Shown: positions 39,979-46,830, numbered from the stretch's first letter. The stretch is DNA of 64,000 bases from an uncultured Iamiaceae bacterium (GCA_964595905.1 CAZQSU010000004.1:179-64178); one strand, 5' to 3'. Notes: a model not told the origin generated them from the sequence alone. Program-made: numbers and translations.

Positions 39979-40070
39979 CGCCCCACCGACCCCGCCGCAC
40001 CCCGCCCCGCTCCCCCGTCCCGTCCCCGTCCCGTCCCGCCCCCCGTCCCGTCCCGTCCCGTCCCGCCCCC
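39979..40070 (+). repeat. C-rich tract with degenerate (CCCGT)n pentanucleotide repeat; (GGGAC)n on the minus strand
   Basis: Read directly. The tract begins right after the leuS TGA (39976-39978). I count about fifteen C-runs of 3 or more, e.g. cccgtcccgtccccgtcccgtcccgccccccgtcccgtcccgtcccgtcccgcccccc. Confidence 0.9.
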
Positions 40071-40201
40071 CTTCCGAAATTTGCAGGATTCTGCCGCCCA
40101 CAGCGGCGATTCCCTGCAAATTTCGGAGGCCCCACCAAACCCCTTCCGAAATTTGCAGGATTCTGCCGCCCACAGCGGCGATTCCCTGCAAATTTCGGAG
40201 G
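40069..40201. repeat. Two perfect 61-bp direct repeats, each an AT-rich double hairpin
   Basis: The copies are at 40069-40129 and 40141-40201, separated by CCCCACCAAAC. Each has 15-nt arms TCCGAAATTTGCAGG / CCTGCAAATTTCGGA enclosing an inner stem GCCGC-CCACA-GCGGC. Confidence 0.95.
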
Positions 40202-40225
40202 AGCAGAAGATGAAGGTCGACCGGC

Positions 40226-40669
40226 ATGAGTCCTGAACCCCCTGGTGACGACGCCGTCCGCGCGGCGATGGCCGACCCGACCGGCTACCTGCGCGCCGCG
40301 ATGCCGATGTGTGCGACGCTCGGTTTCGTCGCCGACCGGGTCGACACCGACGAGGTCGTGGTGTCGGTGGAGTGGTCGCAGTCGCTGTGCACGGCGAACG
40401 GCGTGATCCACGGGGGTGTGGTCATGGCCCTGGCCGACGCGGCCGGCGCCATGTTGGCCTACCTCAATCTGCCCGAGGGGGCGTCTGGCACCACGACGGT
40501 CGAGTCGAAGACGAACTTCCTCGGTGCGGCCCGCAGCGGCACCCTCACCGCGACGGCACGGATCCTGCACGCCGGACGCACGACGATCGTGGTCGAGACC
40601 GACCTCGCCACGGCCGAGGGGCGGGTCGCCAAGACCACCCAGACCCAGCTCGTGCTCGTCCCCCGCTGA
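40226..40669 (+). CDS. PaaI-family hotdog-fold thioesterase
   Basis: 147 aa. The motif NGVIHGGVVMALADAAGA and the overall size and pattern fit PaaI/YbgC-like thioesterases. Confidence 0.75.
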   Translation: MSPEPPGDDAVRAAMADPTGYLRAAMPMCATLGFVADRVDTDEVVVSVEWSQSLCTANGVIHGGVVMALADAAGAMLAYLNLPEGASGTTTVESKTNFLGAARSGTLTATARILHAGRTTIVVETDLATAEGRVAKTTQTQLVLVPR

Positions 40670-40714
40670 GTTCGCCGTCGGGAACGTGACTGGTAGAGTT
40701 GGCGGACCACACTC

Positions 40715-40787
40715 GGGGCTATAGCTCAGTTGGTAGAGCGCTTCCATGGCATGGAAGAGGTCTGGGGTTCGATTCCCCATAGCTCCA
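40715..40787 (+). tRNA. tRNA-Ala (anticodon GGC)
   Basis: I folded a 73-nt cloverleaf by hand. The acceptor stem is GGGGCTA/TAGCTCC with G3:U70. The D-arm is GCTC-AGTTGGTA-GAGC. The anticodon arm is CTTCC-ATGGCAT-GGAAG. The T-arm is TGGGG-TTCGATT-CCCCA. The discriminator is A, and CCA is not encoded. Confidence 0.95.
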
Positions 40788-40858
40788 CTGGATGACGCCC
40801 AGGTCACGGGACCCGGGAGATTCTTCGTCGAACCGGACGGCAATGCGGGCTTTCCCCC

Positions 40859-41416
40859 ATGGTGGGCCGTCGATCCGAACCCGATGATGGAGCCATGGTC
40901 GGTCATCCACCGCCCCCGACGCCATCCGGGAAACCCGTGCGCCTGCGGACGGCTCCACGCGCCGTCGTCGCCGCGTTCGTCCTGATCCTCTCGACCCCCG
41001 TCGTGGTGTGGTGGGTCTTCGGAAACCAGGACGATCGCGTCCCCGGCCTGGATCCGGCGCATGACCAGCATGCCTTCAGCCGCACGTTCGACCCGCCCGC
41101 CATCAGCGCAGGAACCGAGGTCATGATCGGTCTCATCGCGACCGTGGTCCTCGTCGCGGCGGCGCTCACCCTGGTCTCCGCAACCAGATCAGGCCGGCTG
41201 GATCGACGCTGGTGGCCGCCGATCGTCGGCTGCGTCGGCCTGGGGGCCATCGCCGGCATCGCCGAACGCACACTGACCGCTGCAACGATCGGGGCGAACA
41301 TCGATGCCGGCATGCTGGTGCTCTTCGGCACGCCGATGGTCGCATTCCTTGCCGTCGGATCTGTGGGGTGGACGGTCCGAGTGTGCTGTTCCACGTCGAC
41401 AGAACCCCGCGGGTGA
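40859..41416 (+). CDS. Hypothetical membrane protein (about 4 TM helices)
   Basis: 185 aa with four hydrophobic segments (AVVAAFVLILSTPVVVWWVF, VMIGLIATVVLVAAALTLV, PPIVGCVGLGAIAGIA, MLVLFGTPMVAFLAVGSVGW). No family was recognised. The start could instead be ATG 40895. Confidence 0.5.
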   Translation: MVGRRSEPDDGAMVGHPPPPTPSGKPVRLRTAPRAVVAAFVLILSTPVVVWWVFGNQDDRVPGLDPAHDQHAFSRTFDPPAISAGTEVMIGLIATVVLVAAALTLVSATRSGRLDRRWWPPIVGCVGLGAIAGIAERTLTAATIGANIDAGMLVLFGTPMVAFLAVGSVGWTVRVCCSTSTEPRG

Positions 41417-41489
41417 CCCCTCACCGACGTAAGCTCGCCGTCACCGGCGGGGACGGAACCTGGCCGATCGCGAACAAAGGGTATGTACG

Positions 41490-41879
41490 ATGCTGCTAGC
41501 CGACGTGTCACTGGGGTCGTTGCTGTGGACGGTGCTGTCCGTCTTCTTCATGTTGATGTACCTGATGATGCTGTTCAGCGTCATCGTGGACCTGTTCAGG
41601 AACAAGGACATGAGCGGTGGGATGAAGGCGGTGTGGGTGCTCTTCCTGCTGATCCTGCCGTTGCTCAGCCTGCTGGTGTACCTGATCGTGAACGGCAAGG
41701 GCATGGCCGAACGGTCGATGGCCGAGCACGCCGCGGCCGAGGCCGATGTGCGCCAGTACATCCGTCAGACCGCCGGCACCTCCCCCGCCGACGACATCGC
41801 CCAGGCCAAGGCCCTGCTCGACGCCGGCACGATCACCCAGGCCGAGTTCGACGTGCTCAAGGCCAAAGCGCTCGGCTGA
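41490..41879 (+). CDS. Small membrane protein, PLD-nuclease N-terminal (PLDc_N) domain + C-terminal SHOCT domain
   Basis: Two TM helices flank DLFRNKDMSGGMKAVWVLFLLILPLL, which is PLDc_N-like. The C-terminus DDIAQAKALLDAGTITQAEFDVLKAKALG is a typical SHOCT motif. Confidence 0.7.
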   Translation: MLLADVSLGSLLWTVLSVFFMLMYLMMLFSVIVDLFRNKDMSGGMKAVWVLFLLILPLLSLLVYLIVNGKGMAERSMAEHAAAEADVRQYIRQTAGTSPADDIAQAKALLDAGTITQAEFDVLKAKALG

Positions 41880-41912
41880 GCCGTCGCGCCGGCCGCGCCG
41901 GCCGGGACCGGC

Positions 41913-43370
41913 TCACCACGAGCCGCGGTGTTCGGGGATCCTGCGCACCGTGGGCACACCGATGCACACGGTGAGCGCGGCGAACGCCACGAACACCCAC
42001 GCCTGGGCGATCGACGGATTCGACGCGGCCTCGATCACGGCCGTGGCCGCCGAGACGGTCATGATCGACCCGAGCTGCAGACCGATCGTGCGGACCGCGG
42101 CGATCGGTGCCGCCTGATCAGGGAGCAGTTGCAGCCCCGCATTGCGTGACGCGGGGCTCGCGATGCCCAGCCCGATCCCGACGAGCGCTGCGCTGCACGC
42201 CAGCCACGCATACGCCGACATGCCCTGGGGCGGCAGTGCCAGCGCGACCATGCCGAGCACGACGAACACGGCGGTCACGTACAGCGGCAGGCGGTAGCCG
42301 GTCCGGCGCAACGCCAACGCCCCGAGCGTCGACAGGGTCACCGCCGCCACCCCCTCGGCGGCCAGCAGGGTCCCCGAGCCGAACGCGTCGATGCCGTAGC
42401 GGGTCGTCGCGTACAGCGGCACCAGCGCCATCAGCCCGATCGCCCCGCCGGCGTAGAGCACGTTGATGACGTTCACCGCAGCGAACCCCCGCCCGCCGAT
42501 CAGCCGCGGCGCGATCAGCGGATCGTCGACCCGCCGTACGTGCCGCCCGAACGCCCACAGGCCACCCACCGCCAGCGCGGCACAGACCGCGATCGCCACG
42601 ATCCACTCCGACGGCGACTCGCCGAGCAGGCTCGCCGTCACCATCGCCGAGGCCAGCCCGATCGCGGCGTAGGCGACGCCCGCGAGATCGAAGCCGGACC
42701 GCACCCGGTCGGCCCGCGGCCGCACCGGCGCATCGGCGGGGATGAAGCGCAGAGACAGCGGCACGAGCACGATACCGAGCGGCACGTTGACGAGGAACAC
42801 GCCCCGCCACGACCAGCCCGACACGATGAACCCGCCGAGCAGCGGTCCGATCATCGCCCCCGACGTGAACAGCGTGCCGAACAGCCCGACCGCCTTGTCA
42901 CGTGCGGGGCCGAAGTGTTCGACCACGATCCGGGTCGCCGACGGGGTGAACCCGGCCCCGCCCAGCGCCTGGACGAACCGCAGGACGATCAACTCGTGGA
43001 TACCGGTGGCGAGGCCGCACAGCAGCGATGCCGCGGTGAACACGATGATCGAGACGAGGAACACCTTGCGCGAACCGAGCCGGTCGGTGAGCTTGCCCGA
43101 CAGTGGGAGCATCAGCACCATGCCCAGGCTGTAGGCCGTGATCGTCCAGCCGGCCCACGCGACCGAGGTGTCCAGGCCGCGCTGCAACGATTCCAGCGCG
43201 GTCGCGACGATCGTCATGTCGAGCGTCGACATCAACAACGCGACGGCCACCACGGCGAACAGCGCCACCTGGCGACCGGTGATCTTCGGCTGGTCCGATC
43301 CATCGTCGGCGGTCGCGGTTCGGGGTTCGACTTCGTCCTCTTCGCTCACCCCGGACCGCGCGTCGACCAC
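41913..43370 (-). CDS. MFS transporter (DHA2 / EmrB-QacA-like, about 14 TM helices)
   Basis: LDMTIVATAL and the motif LPLSGKLTDRLGSRKVFL (MFS motif A) are present, with many TM segments. The GTG start at 43370 is uncertain. Confidence 0.8.
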   Translation of the reverse strand: MVDARSGVSEEDEVEPRTATADDGSDQPKITGRQVALFAVVAVALLMSTLDMTIVATALESLQRGLDTSVAWAGWTITAYSLGMVLMLPLSGKLTDRLGSRKVFLVSIIVFTAASLLCGLATGIHELIVLRFVQALGGAGFTPSATRIVVEHFGPARDKAVGLFGTLFTSGAMIGPLLGGFIVSGWSWRGVFLVNVPLGIVLVPLSLRFIPADAPVRPRADRVRSGFDLAGVAYAAIGLASAMVTASLLGESPSEWIVAIAVCAALAVGGLWAFGRHVRRVDDPLIAPRLIGGRGFAAVNVINVLYAGGAIGLMALVPLYATTRYGIDAFGSGTLLAAEGVAAVTLSTLGALALRRTGYRLPLYVTAVFVVLGMVALALPPQGMSAYAWLACSAALVGIGLGIASPASRNAGLQLLPDQAAPIAAVRTIGLQLGSIMTVSAATAVIEAASNPSIAQAWVFVAFAALTVCIGVPTVRRIPEHRGSW

Positions 43371-43454
43371 ATCGGCGACGCTAGGGCGCGGAGCGGCGAA
43401 TTCGTCCTTCCCGAGCGGTCGGTCACGACCGGCCGCGGGCCGACGCCTGGTGCG

Positions 43455-44486
43455 TCAGAGCCCGTGGCGGGTGCCCACCGGGACGCCGTCGACGATCTGA
43501 TCGAGGTACTCCGACATGCCGCTGCCGTCGATGCCGTCGTAGGCCCAACGGGTCGCCCCTTCGGTGATCCGGGTGAGCCGACCGTCGCGGCGGTTCCGCA
43601 GCGGGATCGTCGACCAGATCTCGCCGGTGACGGTGTAGGTGTGGTCGTCGGTGGTGACGACGAGGGTGTTCGACGACGGAATCCATTCGTCGTCGTAGTC
43701 GGATTCGATGGCCGCGTCGCGGATCGCCACGAACCGGTCGTCGCCGTAGCGGGCCCGGTCGTAGACGAAACCCTTGGCGCCGACGTTGCCGGCCTCGTCG
43801 CCGCCGATCGTGCACCCCATGCCGAGATCGGGCCCGAGGTTGACGGTGAGCCAACGGTAGTACCAGACGTTCTGCCAGTAGCGGGGACCCCACGAGTGGT
43901 CTCTCATGCCCAGTCCGTCGTCGAACGCGAACGCCTCGTCGCCGACGCGCAGCGTCCCGGTGATCGCCATGTGCTGTTCGGTGTGGCCGCGGGCGAACAT
44001 CTTCGACGGGTCGGTCCCGGCCAGTGAACTACCGTCGTCCGCGACGGGTTCGCCGCCCTGGATCGGCCCGACCGCGTCGAGACGCAGGTCGATCGCGCAC
44101 GGCACGAACGGATTGTTCCGGAACGCTTCACGGGGTTCGGCCATCTGGCGCGGGTCGTCGAGCAGACACACCTTGCCGTCGAAGGTGACGTGGTGGGCGA
44201 CGAAGGGTTCGATCACCTCGAAGGCCAGACCGCCGGCGTCGTGCGCGTCGTTGTCGGTGATCTTCGGGCGGTCGTAGATGAACCCGATCCGGCCGTCGGG
44301 CAGGTACAGACAGACCGACAGCTCGGCGTACCCCTCGTTCACCCGGTTGCCCAGGCGGACCCATCCGCCGAACCCGCTGGGCGCGTCGAAGAAGTTGTAG
44401 TACCGGCTCTCGTTGAAGTTCTCGGCCGCCTCCGGCTCGTGCATGAAGTCGTCGGCGGGTTCGAGTCGGAGCGGCACGCGCCGCAT
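43455..44486 (-). CDS. Conserved hypothetical protein (possibly AttH/CrtC-like beta-barrel fold)
   Basis: 343 aa, soluble, with good codon bias. The motifs are NESRYYNFFD and GMRDHSWGPRYWQ. The family assignment is only a recollection, not a search result. Confidence 0.5.
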   Translation of the reverse strand: MRRVPLRLEPADDFMHEPEAAENFNESRYYNFFDAPSGFGGWVRLGNRVNEGYAELSVCLYLPDGRIGFIYDRPKITDNDAHDAGGLAFEVIEPFVAHHVTFDGKVCLLDDPRQMAEPREAFRNNPFVPCAIDLRLDAVGPIQGGEPVADDGSSLAGTDPSKMFARGHTEQHMAITGTLRVGDEAFAFDDGLGMRDHSWGPRYWQNVWYYRWLTVNLGPDLGMGCTIGGDEAGNVGAKGFVYDRARYGDDRFVAIRDAAIESDYDDEWIPSSNTLVVTTDDHTYTVTGEIWSTIPLRNRRDGRLTRITEGATRWAYDGIDGSGMSEYLDQIVDGVPVGTRHGL

Positions 44487-44500
44487 CGTACCGGTTCGGT

Positions 44501-45904
44501 TCAGCCGGTGCGGCCGACGGTCAGCTCCCAGGCGTCCCAGCCGCCGATGAGGTCCACCACCCGGGTGAACCCGTGGGCCCGCATCGTCGACGCGGCGATC
44601 GACGAGCGGTACCCCCCGGCGCAGTACACGATCGTCGGCGCCGACGCATCGAGTCGTACCGCCGCCGCGGCGGGGTCTTCGATCGTGTCCAACAGGGTGG
44701 GCAGCGGCACCGTCGCGGCACCGGGAAGCATGCCGGTCGTCTCGATCTCTCCGGGGCCGCGCACGTCGACGACCTGGACGCCGGGTTCGTCGGCCAGCCA
44801 GTCGGCGACGTCGGACGCGGTGAGCCGGGCGGCAGACGTCGCGTGGGCGGGTTCGGCGAGCAGCGCGGCCTCGACGTCGGCGACGACGCCGACGATCGCG
44901 TCGAACCCGATCCGTGCCAGGCGGGTCCGTGCTTCGCGGGCTCGACCCGGTTCGGCGAGGATCACGATCGGCTGTCCGGCTCTGACGATGTTGCCCGCGT
45001 ACTCGGCGAAGCGCCCGTCGAGACCGACGTTGACCGAGCCGCGCACGTGGCCCGATGCGAACGACTCGGCGGGGCGCGTGTCGATGAGCACCGCTCCCCG
45101 GCCGGCCTCGTCCACGGCTTCGCGCAGACCGATCGTCCGCACCGGCTCGTCGGATTCGAAGCGGTCCCGTTCGCGGCGGTTCTCGTCCGCGGCATAGGCG
45201 AAGTACCGCGGGGCGACGCTCTGCCCGGCGGTGATCAACTCGACGAAGGAGTCGACGTCCAGGTCGGCGAGCGCGTAGTTGGTGGCCCGCTGCTCGCCGA
45301 TCGTGGAGGAAGCCGCGGTCGAGAGTTGCTTGCCACAGGCCGACCCGGCGCCGTGCGCCGGAAACACCGCCGTGGCGTCGGGCAGGGTGAGCAACTTGTC
45401 ACGTAGTGAGCCGTACAGCAGCCGGGCCAGGTCATCGGCACCGTGACCGACCGAGGTCAACAGGTCGGGTCGGCCGACGTCGCCGATGAACAGGGCGTCG
45501 CCGGTCAGCACGGCGTGCGGTGCGGCGCCGGCGCGTTCGCGCACCACGATCGAGATCGACTCGGGGGTGTGGCCGGGGGTGTGGAGGATCTCCAGTTCGA
45601 CGGTGCCCAGGTCGAGGACCTGGCCGTCCGCGAGGTGCTCGATGGCGAAGTCGGCCTCGGCACCGGGTCCGTAGGAGATCACCGCGCCGGTGGCGTCGGC
45701 CATCTCCAGGTGGCCCGACACGAAGTCGGCGTGGAAGTGGGTCTCGATGACCCGTTCGATCTGCAGCCCTTCGGCGGCGGCATCGGCGAGATAGGCGTCG
45801 ATGTCACGCTGGGGGTCGACGACGACGGCCCGTCCCGAGTCGCGGTCACCGATCAGGTAGCTGTAGAGCGACAGGCACCCGAGGTCGTACTGGCGGAAGA
45901 ACAC
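44501..45904 (-). CDS. Metallo-beta-lactamase-fold persulfide-dioxygenase-like domain fused to two rhodanese domains (CstB-like)
   Basis: The GTG at 45904 is preceded by GAGGAGG with a 5-nt spacer. The MBL motif is ETHFHADFVSGH (HxHxDH). The last rhodanese domain has the active-site loop VYCAGGYRS. The middle rhodanese domain lacks the Cys. Confidence 0.8.
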   Translation of the reverse strand: MFFRQYDLGCLSLYSYLIGDRDSGRAVVVDPQRDIDAYLADAAAEGLQIERVIETHFHADFVSGHLEMADATGAVISYGPGAEADFAIEHLADGQVLDLGTVELEILHTPGHTPESISIVVRERAGAAPHAVLTGDALFIGDVGRPDLLTSVGHGADDLARLLYGSLRDKLLTLPDATAVFPAHGAGSACGKQLSTAASSTIGEQRATNYALADLDVDSFVELITAGQSVAPRYFAYAADENRRERDRFESDEPVRTIGLREAVDEAGRGAVLIDTRPAESFASGHVRGSVNVGLDGRFAEYAGNIVRAGQPIVILAEPGRAREARTRLARIGFDAIVGVVADVEAALLAEPAHATSAARLTASDVADWLADEPGVQVVDVRGPGEIETTGMLPGAATVPLPTLLDTIEDPAAAAVRLDASAPTIVYCAGGYRSSIAASTMRAHGFTRVVDLIGGWDAWELTVGRTG

Positions 45905-45914
45905 GACGGCCTCC

Positions 45915-46082
45915 TCAGCGTCTCGCGAACAACCGCGACCAACGCCCGGGATTCGATTCGGAGTCGGGATGCCCCTCGCACCAATCGTCGTCGGCCACAC
46001 CGGCGCGTACCTGGTCGACGTGGTCGCCGCACCCGGCCCAGGTGGTCTTGCCGCAGCGCCGGCACTTCACGGGTCTGCACAT
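45915..46082 (-). CDS. Small Cys-rich hypothetical protein (55 aa)
   Basis: Starts at ATG 46082: MCRPVKCRRCGKTTWAGCGDHVDQVRAGVADDDWCEGHPDSESNPGRWSRLFARR, with 5 Cys. Its stop overlaps the SD of the downstream MBL-rhodanese gene. Coding status is not proven. Confidence 0.45.
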   Translation of the reverse strand: MCRPVKCRRCGKTTWAGCGDHVDQVRAGVADDDWCEGHPDSESNPGRWSRLFARR

Positions 46083-46137
46083 GGATTCGATGGCCTCCTC
46101 GGTGGTGGCCCGGACCGGTCGGCGCGGGCGGTGTCGT

Positions 46138-46413
46138 TCACGACAGCGACAGGAAGAGTTTCTCCAGTTCGTCGGTCGTGATGCCCTCTGCGTGGTTGAC
46201 GCCGTCGGCGTCGGCGACACAGCCTTTCAGCGCGGTGGCGATGATGGTGTAGCCGGCCCGGTCGAGCGCGCTCGACACGGCGGCGAGTTGGGTGATCACG
46301 TCGCGGCAGGGCCGATCGAACTCGACCGCGTCGATGACGGCATCGAGCTGTCCGCGGGCACGCCGGAGTCGGTTCAGGACCCGGCGACGCGCCTCGTCGT
46401 CGGGGCCCGTCAC
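46138..46413 (-). CDS. CsoR/RcnR-family (DUF156) repressor, CstR-like ligand pattern
   Basis: 91 aa. RRRVLNRLRRARGQLDAVIDAVE is the family signature. The two conserved Cys are present (RPCRDVITQ and ALKGCVADA), but the residue four before the second Cys is Ala rather than the Cu-ligand His. Confidence 0.8.
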   Translation of the reverse strand: MTGPDDEARRRVLNRLRRARGQLDAVIDAVEFDRPCRDVITQLAAVSSALDRAGYTIIATALKGCVADADGVNHAEGITTDELEKLFLSLS

Positions 46414-46796
46414 GCCGGCGAGTCGCCTTCGTGCGCGTGCTGGTGCTCGGCGACCTGGGCACGTACCTCGTCCATGTCGAGCTCCTCGACGGCCTCGATG
46501 ACCTTCTCGAGGGTCTCCCCTGGCAGGGCACCGGGCTGGGAGAACACGAGGATGCCCTCACGGAACGCCATGAGCGTGGGGATCGACTGGATCCCGAACT
46601 CGGCGGCGAGGACCGGCTCGGCTTCGGTGTCGACCTTGCCGAACACGATGTCGGGGTGGGCGTTCGAGGACTCCTCGAACACCGGCGCGAACGCCCGGCA
46701 CGGCCCGCACCACGACGCCCAGAAGTCGAGCAGGACGATGGCGTTGTCGGTGACGGTGGGTTCGAAGGTGTCTTTGGTGATCGTCGTGGTTGCCAT
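46410..46796 (-). CDS. trxA: Thioredoxin
   Basis: 128 aa. The active site is LLDFWASWCGPCRAF, with a His/acidic C-terminal tail. Its stop overlaps the repressor start (ATGA). Confidence 0.85.
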   Translation of the reverse strand: MATTTITKDTFEPTVTDNAIVLLDFWASWCGPCRAFAPVFEESSNAHPDIVFGKVDTEAEPVLAAEFGIQSIPTLMAFREGILVFSQPGALPGETLEKVIEAVEELDMDEVRAQVAEHQHAHEGDSPA

Positions 46797-46802
46797 GAGC
46801 CC

Positions 46803-46830
46803 ACTATACCCCGTGGGGTATCATGCGCAA
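46803..46830 (-). promoter_or_regulatory. Candidate promoter TTGCGC-N16-TATAGT, 6 nt upstream of the thioredoxin ATG (leaderless-type)
   Basis: The minus strand reads ccggTTGCGCatgataccccacggggTATAGTgggctcATG. The -35-like hexamer is at 46830-46825 and the -10 at 46808-46803. The ATG at 46796 sits at the expected transcription start. Confidence 0.55.
46806..46821. promoter_or_regulatory. CsoR-family type operator palindrome ATACCCC-GT-GGGGTAT
   Basis: Perfect 7-bp arms with a 2-bp centre. The palindrome lies in the promoter spacer and overlaps the -10. It fills most of the 24-bp gap between the amidase stop and the thioredoxin start. Confidence 0.65.

Noticed and set aside
40069-40201. Reading the twin 61-bp repeats as a mini CRISPR array
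   Set aside because: There are only two repeats with an 11-bp spacer, the repeats are much longer than the spacer, and no cas genes occur in the window.
36994-40227. 1077-aa minus-strand ORF covering the whole leuS locus
   Set aside because: It is a mirror-frame artefact of a high-GC gene. The translation is Arg/Gly/Val/Pro-rich with no recognisable motifs, while the + frame encodes an unmistakable LeuS.
39975-40229. 84-aa ORF whose product contains the repeated peptide PKFAGFCRPQRRFPANFGG
   Set aside because: The peptide repeat is only the translation of the C-tract and the 61-bp DNA repeats. The palindromic DNA yields similar ORFs on both strands, there is no SD, and the N-terminus is P/R-rich from the C-tract.
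40715-46000. Genomic island integrated at tRNA-Ala
   Set aside because: No integrase or recombinase is present, I saw no direct repeat of the tRNA 3' end downstream, and GC content and codon usage look like the rest of the window.
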